Shown here one piece after another: positions 18,712 through 46,516 of a DNA stretch of 64,000 bases. A program made the position numbers and the translations under genes. The first letter of the stretch is position 1; each line of letters opens with the position of its first letter. The notes under the pieces are model-generated. The model ran no database searches and was not told the DNA's origin. It was given only the letters and a program-made list of their open reading frames with translations. This DNA is from the human T2T-CHM13v2.0 reference genome, Homo sapiens: assembly GCF_009914755.1 (NCBI RefSeq), contig NC_060947.1; one strand, given 5' to 3'.

Positions 18712-19514
18712 AAGATGTTTAAATTACACATTTGCATAAAGAGTAATTGGATTGCAAAGCTGAATGCCTTCAAATATAACATATTTTACTGTTATGCAAA
18801 AGTTACCATGTTATTCCTAAGTGATAAGCCAGAGGAAAGGAAGGTGTTTCTTCCTTCTGGCAAAAATATCCCATAGTTAAGTCCAGGAACAAATGGCTGA
18901 AAACAGAAGGCAATGACCATGGACACCTTTTGGATCCTCAGTACCCTTCAGTAAAGACACAGCTAAACAGTCCACCTGGGAACTCCTCAAGCCACACTGC
19001 ACAAACAACTGCAGGGCACAAGGGCACCACAGGAGTTTTTCTAGATCCCGTTGAAATATTTTTCTCCAGTTCTGGGATGAGGAATGGGTAACTTCAGCAA
19101 GCAGAGACTGGGGTTGGGTGAGGATTATTGACCCACATGGTATCCAGGAGCCACTGTTCTAATACCAGGGGAGATCAGAAGGTCTTACAGTCATTCCACA
19201 GATTGAGGATGGGGCACATGCAGCATACACTGGCATCTGAGGGCTCCCCCATAAGTTCTCAGCACCCCAGGCTAGGCAGAACTAAGCCAGCAGGGAGGGA
19301 TCACAAAGGGGTGGGAAATCAGGGCTGAGCTGCAGCCTTCACTGGCAGCAGTTAAATTCTGTTGGCTGCAGAGAGTAATAACTGAGGCAGGGTGAGGGTG
19401 GGACTACGGCCATGGAGAGGTGAGCAACCTCAGATATAGGGCAAGGGTGGGGAGAGGGTGCACCGAGTTTCTGCTAAAGGCTCTCTCTTTCTTCCACTAT
19501 CCTGTATCTGCACT

Positions 19515-20675
<1,161 letters not shown>

Positions 20676-21042
20676 TTGTTCCTCTCTTATATTGCTGCAC
20701 CTCTAATTTTTTTCTTCCCTTCTGCTCTCTCACTCTCCTTTGCTTTTCCTCTTTTCCCTTCCTTTCCTATGGACCTTGAGTTTGCAGGGCTTTCCTGAGC
20801 AAGCTGGACAGATGGGCTGGGCCTCTGGGACCACACCCCTCTGCTACTCTCAACTCCCCAAGCTCAGGGAATCCAAAGGTGCCACAGGGATGCTGGGACC
20901 AGTTATAGGTACCTCAACCAGTCTGACAGCCCACAGCTCACCTCTGGTCACCAGTCCTCAGCCCCTTCAGGTGCCACGTCCTGCCCTGGGAGGATGAGCA
21001 GGAGGAAAGAGAAGGCACCACCCCAGAGCAGCCTGCTACTTA

Positions 21043-21348
<306 letters not shown>

Positions 21349-21571
21349 TCAGGGGGCATTTCTGTCAGGGATTGCTATGATGGCACCAAAGGCACCATGC
21401 TCTGGATCGTTCTCTCTTCCTGCCATTTTATCTCCAAGTCTCTGCTCCTGAATATGGTAAAGGAATACTGCATTGTGTTTAGTCAGACATTTTGTTAAAA
21501 AGAGTCCCCATAGTTACCACACATGGTCAATAATAACATCAATTATAATAATATAACATTTACTGAGTGCT

Positions 21572-25072
<3,501 letters not shown>

Positions 25073-25085
25073 GGCTCACATTTAC

Positions 25086-25218
25086 CTCTTTCTCTGCCTC
25101 TTTGAGCTCCGCTTCTTTCTCTTTGACTCGCTGGACGAACATCTGTCTCATCTCCTCTTCTTTTTTCTGGAGTTCCCCTAGGAACTCGTTCCTTTTGGCC
25201 TCATATGTCTCCTGTAAA
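25086..25218 (-). CDS. SEPTIN6: Septin-6 coding exon 8, coiled coil
   Basis: tcgcag|T acceptor, GAG|gtaaat donor, 133 nt; [44 protein letters not shown]; translated by hand, not in the ORF track in this frame. Confidence 0.95.
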
Positions 25219-25755
25219 CTGCGAACATGGTCAGGTTAATTCTTCTTCCTTTGGAATGATTCCTATTTGATAAAACTGGCCCCAAAGATCCTCACTGGGT
25301 TCCTCTGTCCTCCCTTCCCCAGTTGTGAGCCAGGTACAAAAATAGAACCACAAAGCTGTGGGCACCTGGCTTGGCCCATGACAGCATGCCCACAGGGATT
25401 CTGGAGGGGGATGGGGCAACCCTAGTGAACTGGAGAGACTTAGAATATCTGGTTCTATACTCTTGTTCTACGGATGAGAAAACTGAGGCCCAGAGAGGTG
25501 AGGTGTCTTACTCAAGGCCCCACGGCTAGTTAGAGGGAGAACTTTGACCAGAAGCTGAGTCTCCTGTCTCTTCATCTGGGTTTTCCCACTGCACAATGCT
25601 GCCAGGCCCTGGCTCTGAAACTGACCACATTAATGAACTATTTCAACAAATGCTTGAGGAGACTCCATATGTGCTAGACTCAGTACTAATTGACATGATG
25701 CTAGTCACTCAGCCTCTAGAGCCAACAGCCATCATACCTGCCATCAAGGAACTCA

Positions 25756-27620
<1,865 letters not shown>

Positions 27621-28703
27621 AGGAGCTGGCAGAGAAGGAGTGAAGAAGGCGAAGACACAGGAAACAGAGGTATTCAGGATGGAGTGAAGGAGGAGGGAAG
27701 GAGACAAAATGACCAGGTGGAGGCACACCTACTCCTCTACAAATGCAGATGAAAGCTGCAGGTGGGGAAGACAGCCAGGGAGCTCCCACCAGAAAAAGAC
27801 AAGCATGGCTTCCCCCAGCCCCACCTGTCAGTATATAGGGCATGAGCCTGTCCCTCCTGAAGCAAATATCCCCAAGGGACTGGTTAGGCTCTGACTCCAG
27901 GCCAGCTTTAGGCTGTGCACAGGTAGAGTAAGATCTCAGAGGCTCTTTGAAAGCCTTTTTAACTGGTAGACATCTCCCTCACTTGCTTATTAATGCCTGA
28001 CCACCATAAAGGGCACCACGTGGTAATTTCAACTGTGGGGCTTATTTCACACATCACGCATATAGATCAGACACTTCTACTTGGCGCATTACTCCTCTCT
28101 GCATAATAACCTGCTTTCAAAAACATTCCCCTTCTCTAAAAGCATTCTGATTTAAGAAATATGGCAGTGATGATCAACATCCTGCGGTCAAAACAGAACT
28201 TGCACTTGAATGCAGACACTAAGGACAGCAATTGGAGAGCCTGCAGTTCATCGATGCATGGCAAGGGCATGCTACCTGGTCCTATCTGGGTTTGAGAATG
28301 GGGAAATGGGTAAAGAACAGACTAGAAACCTGTCTGAGCGCCAGGAGCCTGATGAAGAAAGAGGGGCAGAGGACAGTTACCAACTGCCACCTCGTGGAAC
28401 AGGGCCCCAGCTTGGGGATTCCCCCCAGCGCAGCTGCTTGGAGCTGTCATGGATGCGTGCATGTGTGTGTGGTGATCAGCCTTGCTGGTCCTCTGGGCAT
28501 CCTCCCTTCCCTTGCCCTTAAAAGCAAGGCGGCGGTACTTCCCAAGCCTGCTCCCCACAGCTCTCCTGGCAGGTGTGCAGAGGCAAAGGGTGAACAGGCA
28601 AGCAGAACTGGCAAGTGAGTCGCCCCTGCTCCTTGAGGTCTTAGCACCCGTGTCTCGCCTCCCCTGTGAATTCTCCAGGGGAAGGCTTCCACACCACCTG
28701 AGT

Positions 28704-28740
28704 GGGCTGAGCTGAGCTGGGCTGGGCTGGGCTGGGCTGG
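28704..28740. repeat. (GGGCT/GAGCT)n pentamer array next to the exon 7 donor
   Basis: gggct gagct gagct gggct gggct gggct gggct gg. Confidence 0.9.
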
Positions 28741-28752
28741 CAGGAGCGGTAC

Positions 28753-28921
28753 CTGAAGGGTTTGCTGTCAGGGTCGGTGTCCTTGAAGCCCATCTCCTCC
28801 AGCTTACAGCGGCGATACAGCTCATAGTGCCGGGTGTGGGTCTGCTCCCGCAGATCCTCCATGTTGACCCGAATCAGCATCTCCCGCAGCTTCACAAAGT
28901 CGCAGTGGGCCTCGTTTTCAA
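28753..28921 (-). CDS. SEPTIN6: Septin-6 coding exon 7, septin unique element
   Basis: atgcag|TT acceptor, AG|gtaccg donor, 169 nt; (V)[55 protein letters not shown](S). Confidence 0.96.
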
Positions 28922-29239
28922 CTGCATAGCAGGATTTGGGGTATTGAAAGTATGTTGAAAGGAAGGCCAGCAGAAGCAGAAATGGATGAAACGAGAGGCA
29001 AAATGTCTAACAGTGACGTTGCCTTGCAATCTGTGTATTTAGATCCTGCAAATTTACCTCCTCTCTTTTCTACTGAAAATGTAAATGAAAGGTTACAAAA
29101 ATGCCAGTAATGAAAAACTGTGATATCATAAAAATACTTATTAAGACAGTCAGTAGCACCACAATCTAAATTCAGCAGTCAGAACCCTCAAAAGAATGTT
29201 TGGTCTGCACCACTTGTAGGACAACAGCATATATGCATC

Positions 29240-29428
29240 TGTCCATCCATCCATCCATCCATCCACTCATCCATCCATCCATCTATCCATCCATCCATCC
29301 ATCCATCCATCCATCCACTCATCCATCCATCCATCCATCCATCTATCCATCCATCCATCCACTCATCCATCCATCTATCTATCCATCCATCCATCCATCC
29401 ATCCATCCATCCATCCATCCATCCATCC
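29240..29428. repeat. (TCCA)n tetranucleotide microsatellite
   Basis: About 47 units with TCTA/CTCA variants; abuts an L2-like 3' end at about 29430-29720. Confidence 0.97.
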
Positions 29429-29799
29429 AATCAATATTTGTGGAATCTCTGTTCCCAGTATTGTGTGAGGCACTGGGAATTCAGAAACGAAGTGATGGAA
29501 TCTTGCTCTCAGGAGCTTATAGTTTAGAGGAAGAATAGATACAAATAGACAAATACAATTCAGTGCACAACTACAAAAATAGAGGGATAGCCAAGTTGCA
29601 ATAAAGCTCAGAAGAGGGGAACCTAAGAACTCCTGGGAAAGTGAAGACTTCACCGAAGAGAAAATCTCTAAGATGACTCTGGAAGGAAGAATAGCAATTT
29701 ATCAGCCAGAGAAGGGAATGGTGTTTGCAAAGTGTCAATGAGGCTAGGCAAGGTTATGTAGCTAGTAAGTTGCAGAATTAGGGTTCAAACCCAGGCAAT

Positions 29800-30000
29800 G
29801 TAGGGGAGGTGACAAAGTCTCCAAAGAATAAGGGGAAAGAACTAGGATATTGATAGATGACAGTGACAAGGAGGGGTGTGGACCGCAGGCATGGCCCACC
29901 TGGATGGTAGAAGCTTCCAAGGAGGTGGTTTCTTTAGAAGGTAGATAATGGCCTGACAGTAGCAGTGGTGACTAGGAGCAAGGGGACCCCACTTTCTGGC
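29800..30000 (-). mobile_element. Probable L2 endonuclease-domain relic
   Basis: Hand translation SLEASTIQV…LLVTVIYQYPSSFPLFFGDF (one frameshift) resembles APE-type SFE…LLVAVIYRPP…FLEDF. Confidence 0.55.
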
Positions 30001-31199
30001 CTGTGTGAACAAGTCCCCTCCTCAAAAGAGTGCAAGCAAAGGTCTGCAATTTGGGGCAGTGGTCAAGAATGACAGATGTGGACCAAGTCATAGCAAAATC
30101 GATTTCTGGCTGGACCAGGTCACGAGGAGCACTTTGTCAAGGTGGCTACAGGTATGGCTTCACTGTGTCGGATGGTGGTATTTGCCCTGAACAAGTAGGA
30201 AAAATGGTGTCTGAAGTGAACAGGCAATCACCCCAGATTCTGTCTTGCAGGGTCTGGAAGAGGGTAGTGAGGGCAGAGAAGGGTCTGGGATAAGTGGGTC
30301 AGCCATAGTTGAAGCAGACTACCTTGTGGTCATTAATCTTTCCAAAGCCCGAATCAGCTCACATAATCCCTCTGCTTAAGACCCACTGAATTAGGAATAA
30401 AGCCCCCTGCTGTCATAGAACACAGGCTAATATTAAAGATGACATCAGTAAGACAACTTCTCAGGACTATGCTATATGCCATCTCCTCCTCCATCTCTGG
30501 ACAGTGATCTCTAATGGTGAGTCAGAAGGAGTGCCTCCGAGGGCCCTGCAGGCTGCCTGAGCAATATACAACTTCTTCCTCATTCAAGCGGAACAGTCAA
30601 CTTAGACTTACAAGAAAAACTTTCAAAACCCCCTTTTCTGTTTAGGTTCAGAGTAGTCCACATCAGATGAAATAAGTCATTGGAACCATGTCTACTGGCT
30701 TCTCCTCGTCTCACTTCAGGTTCCTGTTTCTCAGACCACAAGTCCATTCCCAGGGTGGGACACTGTGGGTCCAGAAACCATTTGCAAACGTTCCTAGTGG
30801 AGCATCCCCAGCTCCGAACAGCAGAGAAGACCAGAACTTAGCACAGCTCTGATAACCAGTCTTGTCCTACCTATGGAAAATCCAGCTATTGCCAGTGGGT
30901 GTGTGGGGTGTCCTAAAACATGCCAGCCTTCGTATGTGATGTGGACAACTCGCCATCCACTTTCAGGTGTTTCCCCAGTGGTAGGGATGAGTTTACAGAG
31001 AACCAGCCACTCTTTCACACGATGCCCCTATCAGCCACGGCCCAGTTTCTAGCTGTAGACTCTGAGGACCAGAGACCTCTTCTACCCACAGCGCCATCCT
31101 TGGCCTTGTCTTGTGCACTGAACTGACTAGCCCTGAGGGTAAGTTAACATATGTCAGGCAGATCACAGAAGGAACTTTCCTGAGTGTAATACAATATGT

Positions 31200-32150
<951 letters not shown>

Positions 32151-32422
32151 ATGCTTTTTCGCACACTCCTTCCTACCTTGCAAGTCCTTGTGTTTTAGGA
32201 ATACCTTTCCCATTAGAAATTAGAGGGAGCTTGCTCCCATCAGAGCATCCCAGTATGGAGCCAGAGTTAGCTTGCTAGTGACCCCTATGGCTATTTGGGA
32301 CCCATGCCGAATGAGCAGAGACTTGGGACAATTTAGAAACTTGTCATATAGTGGCTGGGGACAAACAAAGAGACAGACAAAAGGGGCTTCCTGTGTGTAG
32401 CCCTTCCCGGAGACTCACTCAC

Positions 32423-32519
32423 CCTGCACAGTGCCCCAAGGATACTGCCGCGCCCTCATCATCTTGTTGCCTATCTTCAGTTCTTCTGTGCTGCCAATGA
32501 CAGCAAACGGCAGGTGGGC
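32423..32519 (-). CDS. SEPTIN6: Septin-6 coding exon 6
   Basis: tttcag|GCC acceptor, CAGG|gtgagt donor, 97 nt; [32 protein letters not shown], start of the septin unique element. Confidence 0.97.
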
Positions 32520-33837
32520 CTGAAACCGAAGGCAAACGAAAGCTGAGAACTGCAGAAGAAAGGCACTGAGTGTTACACAACCCAACTGCTGTTCGTCTCT
32601 GGGGCCCCAGGCCCTCACCCTGCAATGTCCCTCACTGTCATCATCACCAACAAGCATTTATTAAGTTCCCAAACCATGTGAGGATAAGAGGCCTAGTCCA
32701 AGCCTCTGCTGTTCAGAAATTCACAATAGAGGGTAACAATGACATGGCTGAATGCATAGGGAACAAAGAGAGAAAATAAGCAGAATAATAAGCAGACACA
32801 CAGATTACCAAACTATTCGCTATTCATAGTTACTGCTGAGGGGAAGAGCCTTTGGAAGAAGGGGAAGTGGAATGAGGGGGGTTCTGTGTGGATAGAGAGG
32901 ATAAAGGAGTACCAAAGGGTCTGGGATCACTGGCCCTTCTCCCTCCCTGGCATGCAAGAGCCCCAAGACTAGGTCCATACTGAGACCACACAGCCAACTG
33001 AGCTGTACTCTCCTTGTTCTCATCCTTCCCCGGAGAAAGAGCTCACATTGAACTTGTGAGCCTAGAAGGCAAGTCACCAAGGATTTACTCACATGACCAT
33101 GCTGGGTTCTTCTGTAGGTGCTATAAGGCAGACAGAAGCAGCAGAAGACACGCTCCCTCGCCCTCTAGGAGCTTACAGTCTTGTTGAGGAAGCCCAAATT
33201 ACATAACTCAAGTCATATAAGATAGTATGTGATCAAGGGCTCAAGTATATGGTCTGGTACCCTGTACATAGTAGGTGCTTAATAAATACTTCCTGAATGG
33301 CAGTGGTAGGGCTAGGGAAAGAGGAAAGAAAGGCAAAGGACAAATAGGTTTATGAGCTTGGTGCTCACAGGGAAAATGAGGAGCTTGGCCTGGCTTTATG
33401 GATGAGAGAAGAGAGAGCTGCCCCGACTTGGCAGTATGGGGCCTAGGAAACACTCACAGAGCCGTAATCCACAAGGAGCTAGCCAGCTTGTAAGTGCTAA
33501 GTCACCACAGCCAGATGGAACCACGGAATCAATGTTTACTGACCAGGTGAGCCCAGGTGGGGCTTTGCCCAAAAGGGCTTTACACCAACAGGTAAAGAGC
33601 CTATGGGGAAAGTTTCTTAGCCTGCCTGCAGAAACAGGCCATGATCTCAGATATTCTGACCCATTTGCCCACTCATCCATTCTACAAATATTTACTGAGC
33701 TCCTATGATATGTGCTAGGCATTAAGAATGACGTAATAGCAAAAAAGCACAGACCCTGGCCCCGGAGAGTGCACAGTGTGCCAAGGGAGAAAGCCATCTC
33801 AACAACGATCATACAGGAAGATCAGGGTTGTACCAGA

Positions 33838-33930
33838 AGTGGAGGTTGCAGTGAGCCGAGATCGCACCACTGCACCCCAGCCTGGGTGACAGAGCAAGAC
33901 CCAGTCTCAAAAAAAAAAAAAAAAAAAAGA
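33838..33930 (+). mobile_element. 5'-truncated Alu (end of right arm) with TSD
   Basis: ggaggttgcagtgagccgagatcg…poly-A; flanks atcagggttgta/atcaaggttgta. Confidence 0.85.
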
Positions 33931-36065
33931 AAAATCAAGGTTGTAAACAGAGGCTAAAGGGCTGGAGTAACACAGAGGAGGGAGCAATTCTTGGGAAGTC
34001 AAATAAGTTGTTTCAGAGTAGGTAGTGGCAATCATACTAACAGCATTAGCATTAGCAATAATTTGTTAAGCCCTATGCACTGGGTACCAGCTGCTTTACA
34101 TGGCATTGTCTCACTGAATCTCTACAACACTATATGGTAAGTTGCCTTATTAGTCTCCTCTTTAGATGGGGAAACTGAGGTCCAGAAGGGCTAAGAGACT
34201 TGTCAGCAGGCACACAATAGTAAGGAACAGAATAACTTCAAACCCCACCCCTTGCTGGTCTGCTACCTCCATTTAGGGGGTTCAAGCAGTAGATGAGGTG
34301 CGTACTCTAAACCTTGGGGGGAACTAGTTGTGCAAGACCAGATTATCAGAGGCAATTCAATTCAGGGAAACCCACAGCAAATCTGTCGCTTGTTTGTTTA
34401 ATCCACAGGCTGATCTCACAGTCAATTCTTTTCTCCATTCTCCTCTAGCTCTGGACCCCAAAAATGTCCTTCAGAGCAGAAGAACACAGGATTTCATCAG
34501 GAGCTCAGCTCCAGGACCTCCACCAGTCCCTCAAATTGCTTGGCCGCCAGCTGAAGCTGCTCTTCTTTCACCCTCTCCACTCTCAGCTGCTATCAGACGA
34601 TCGTCTCAGACACCCTCCGACCCCTCCCCACTCCACTGACTGTCCCTTAAATCTGGACATGGGAAAGAGGAGGTTATGGATTATGGAAGGTGGGTGTGGG
34701 GTGGAGGTGGGAAATGTTTCATCAGTCCTGGGAGGGGAATGACCAAAAGAGTAACTGGGCAAGTGACACACAGGGCATTTGGGAAGCACTGAATTCCTGA
34801 AAATGCTGCCCAAGGGCCTAAGCATGTCCAATCTTTGCCAGGAGAGTTGATCTGGGCACAATTCATCCCTACTCAGGGACCTAAGACATATCGGGAGCCT
34901 CGAATCCACCCCTAAACACTTTCTGGGAGGACATTTCCCCTGGAGAGACCCCACAGCTTCAGCCACATGACACAGAAGAGCCAAGGGGTGGCGAATGCAG
35001 AGAGCTAGACTGAGGGAGGAGGTGATAAAGAAAAACCACGTTGTAGCACTCCCTCCTCCTGGGCTCTCAGCTGTAAGTGATGGAGGAGGAAGGCATGTGA
35101 ATTGGGAGGTGCTTCTCTGAGCTCGAGGAAAAAAAAAACCAAGAAGAAAACAAAGGCATACAAAAATGTCAGTATTCCCTCGGGCCTGTTGCATTTTTAC
35201 CATCAAGAGACACCGTCAGAATGATAGGGTGACTTGCTTCCCCCTCTTTCTCAAACTGCTGTCATTTTATTCTTCTAGCTCAAAAACATAGCCCCAGCCC
35301 TCCCACAGCACGCTCCTTTGCAGCTGGCGTCAGTCTGCTTTGATAAGTATATGCAAGGTAGGCATTTCCCAGCGCTCTCCTTTGGTTTGATTTTCACAAC
35401 ATCCTTCTATGGCAATGATTAAAAGATCCATTCGTGAGCTGAGGGAACTGGGATACATGGAGGTTAAACGAGTTGCCTAGGTCCCTAACCCCCATGCCCA
35501 GATCCTCTGAAGCAGCAGCGAGGCCACCGAGCTTTGGCTGCCAACCTCTCCCAGCCACCTAGGGTGGTCCGCACTCTGCCTCCTGGCTACATGGCATCTG
35601 CTAGAAGGAAGCAAACCATGACAAGCAGGAAATCATGGGGACCAGGCTCTGGCCCTCTGTTCCACTGCTTTTGAGAGACAGATGGCTTTGACAACCAGAA
35701 TAGAGTCGAGCAGAGCAGAGAGCAGATACCCACCCTCCCCCCGCACCACCACGGACCATACTTCTAGGTCCTACCAATGGGATCCAAATCTGAGGCCAGG
35801 CTTTCTGCTATTTTTCCCAGGTCTCTGCAGGAAACTGACAGACAGTGGTGACATTTTCTATGTGTGGACCCAGGGAAGAGACTCTGATAGATGCAGGGCA
35901 GTGTTGCTGCTGAAACACAAACAGGCCTCTCAGGAGAGTCTGTGTGACTCTCTCACTCAGACTTCCAATGAGGCGCCCTCGGATATCAGATTTCCCAGTG
36001 TCAGAAAACTCCAACAAGAGATAGTCGCAAGCCTTCCTTGGGAGTCCATTCCTAGATTCACCATC

Positions 36066-37626
<1,561 letters not shown>

Positions 37627-38809
37627 CCACCTTTACTGACTTGTGTCTAACTTAAATTCTTCTTGTACATTGTAAAGTACTTAATAATCCAATTGGCGTG
37701 AGTTACTTTATTCTTATTTCACCACATCCATTATACTTGGGAGGCTAGGTGACTGCTTAGCCCAGTGAAATACACACTGTCAGAACTCTTTATTCCTCAT
37801 CTAATGATAATATTCTGATTGGGCTTGGTTTCCTCCCAGGGTGGACAGTGTTTCCCAGTTATGTTAGTCCCCATTTCAGGCCCCTGCTGGTGACTGAACA
37901 AGACCATTGGCTGATTTGCTCTCAAGTCAACCACTGGTGATTCCTGTAAAAGTACATGGCAACAATGGAAATACCATTGCTGTCTCAGAGGAAGGGATGG
38001 ACTTGTGCCTGTGGGTCTTCCTATGACCCTACTGTTCAGCCATGTGTTCTCACTGGGCCCAAATGTCAATTGCCTTTGTGGGAACCAAACCCCAGACCTC
38101 ACAAATGGACAATTAATGGAGCTCAGTCAATTAAGTAACTGGGCCTTTTTGCTGGTCCTGGCCATGCTTTCAGCCATTCAAAGAACATCATTAAATTTAA
38201 AATAACATAGCAATTCTTAGTATTAAAGTCTACAACCTTGAGAGATATCAGAGCATGGGTTGAAAATAGCATGCAACAAGACCTCGCTCTCCCTTCTCTT
38301 CCCCCTCAATCTACAATAAGGTTTTCTGGAGCCACCCATAATTCAAGGTGGTGGCAGGGACCTCATTACTCTCATTTCCTGCCACAAAAATCCCCCATGG
38401 TGAGAGACAGGACATTGTACAGTCTTCTCCACTCAGGCAACAGATTTCTTCCGCTTCTTCCAATCCAGCTCCTATGACAATTGGCTGGGGTGGCTGAGGC
38501 TGTGGGGCTGGAGTCAAATCCAAAATGAAAGACCAGCACCAATTCCTCCTACCACCCAAGCCCAGGTCCTGAGGATGCAGCTTCATACACCACGGCTTGT
38601 GTGAAGACTCTGGGGACTTTTGACATAGTTGTTCGGTGGCAGGCAGGCTAAGCAATCCTCTGTGTATATTTGATAGCACCCTCTTTCCCATCACAGCGCA
38701 TGTAACACAAAACACTCACATGCAAGCTCCTCTCACAGGCATGCCAATTCAGGCACACTAGCTGTGAGGCCACTCCTCTCTTTCCCACTCAAAAAAAACC
38801 CATAGTGGA

Positions 38810-41602
<2,793 letters not shown>

Positions 41603-41666
41603 AAGCACATTAAAATAATGATAATCATCATAAAAAGCAAATGGTCAGGAAATTGCTCCCACTCAC

Positions 41667-41828
41667 GTTCATGGTTCCATTGATCTCTGCCACCGACTCA
41701 TCATCTGTAGGAAACTGATAGATCTGGACTCCGTTGCTGACAAGCTCGCTGGTGATTTTGATTTTGAACTTTGTTAGCTCACTCTTCGAAATGGCATCTG
41801 CTTTGGCAATGATGGGGATGATGTTCAC
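41667..41828 (-). CDS. SEPTIN6: Septin-6 coding exon 5, G4 (AKAD) motif
   Basis: ccctag|GTG acceptor, AAC|gtgagt donor, 162 nt; [54 protein letters not shown]. Confidence 0.97.
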
Positions 41829-41969
41829 CTAGGGAGAGGAGGGGCAAAGTGGGGTCATTGTTGGTAACCTGCAACTGATAGCAGCATGACCTAGGACTTC
41901 CACCAGCTGCCAGAGGGAGCCGCTCAGCCCAGTGGTCAAAGACTGGCCACTTCTGTAGCCAAATGACAA

Positions 41970-42210
41970 TATAATAAACGACAAGTACTAACTATGTGCT
42001 GGGCACTGAACTAAGTGCTTTACATGAATTAGCACAATTAATCCTGACAATAACCCTTCCAGGAGGTATTATTACTACTATTTTGCCAATGAGAAATTAA
42101 GGCATAGGGAGGTTAAGTAACTTGTCCAAGGCCATGGAGCAGGTAAGTAGGAGAACTGGGATTCAAATCCAAACTCAGCCTTATTCCTAAGTCCATAGTC
42201 TTAAGCATGA
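41970..42210. mobile_element. MIR SINE
   Basis: actatgtgctgggcactg…aggttaagtaacttgtccaaggcca…gggattcaaatcca; similar MIRs at about 25440-25580, 34040-34240, 44040-44150, 51290-51540, 60100-60395 and 60840-60940. Confidence 0.8.
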
Positions 42211-43107
42211 GCTGTCTACCAGTTCAGATCCAAGTTGATGAGCTGTATGTTATCTTGGTATCAAGGTTACTGCTTGGGAGACTTGAAGCAGAAAGGTGAT
42301 AGCTGGGAATCTGTGGCTGACAGGGGAGAGGTGGCCTCTTCTTGCTAAGAGTAAATTGTCCCAACCCATCGGGTCTAGTCTAGCCCAAGCCGGGTGTGAT
42401 ATGGACCCACATGAGAGATGGCAGGGAAAGGAGGCAGGGACAGTGCTCAGTGAGGATGCACACCTGGCTCTCTTTCTGGCAGGAGACACTGAATAATCAA
42501 CTCAGTTAGGTGAGGAAGAACCTATAGTTACAATTTGATCTGAGACTTATGCAAAAAGAATTATACTGCCTGAGTCTCATGATTAATTTCTGAGTAAGAA
42601 AAGCAAGTATAAATGCCCAATTTCAGGCATCAGGAGAAAGAACTAATCCCAACCAAAAGTTCAATCCACCTGAACCCTAATCCTTGAAATTCCTCCAAGA
42701 AGGGACAAGGCTTTTACTGTCAGAAGGTAAAGAAACTTGAAATGCACATGTGTTTGTGAGACAGAGCACACTAAGTTCAGGTTGACATGGAGAGCATAAT
42801 CATTCCTGCCAGTAGACTCCAACGGGGGGTGGGGGAGGGGCATAGGTGGCACTCAGGCCCCGGACTCTAAAAGGGGAGTCTGGGAGCTCCAGACGTGGAA
42901 GAAAAATCCTGCTTCCTCTGCGCTTTGGCTTAGGAGTGCCTCTGAAGGCTGATATCACACAGCCGCTGGGTCAAGGAAAGACTGAACCGTGGAGGCACCT
43001 CCCTTGAAGTCTTTCAGGGGCAGAAGGGTCAAAGCCCTTGCCAAGATGAAACAGCAGGCAGAGCCTATTCTCCTTGGCACTTTCGCCAAGTCCCCATTGA
43101 CACACTA

Positions 43108-46516
<3,409 letters not shown>

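Noticed and set aside
28641-28752. ORF extension past exon 7 and a possible donor CAG|gtggtg at 28698
   Set aside because: Simple intron read-through; the donor is weak and would add 55 nt out of frame.
28922-28970. ttcctttcaac upstream of exon 7 resembling a U12 branch site
   Set aside because: The intron's donor is GTGAGT (U2 type) rather than GTATCCTT, and the match is imperfect.
29188-29538. Repetitive MDGW/IHPS ORFs
   Set aside because: Translation of the (TCCA)n microsatellite.
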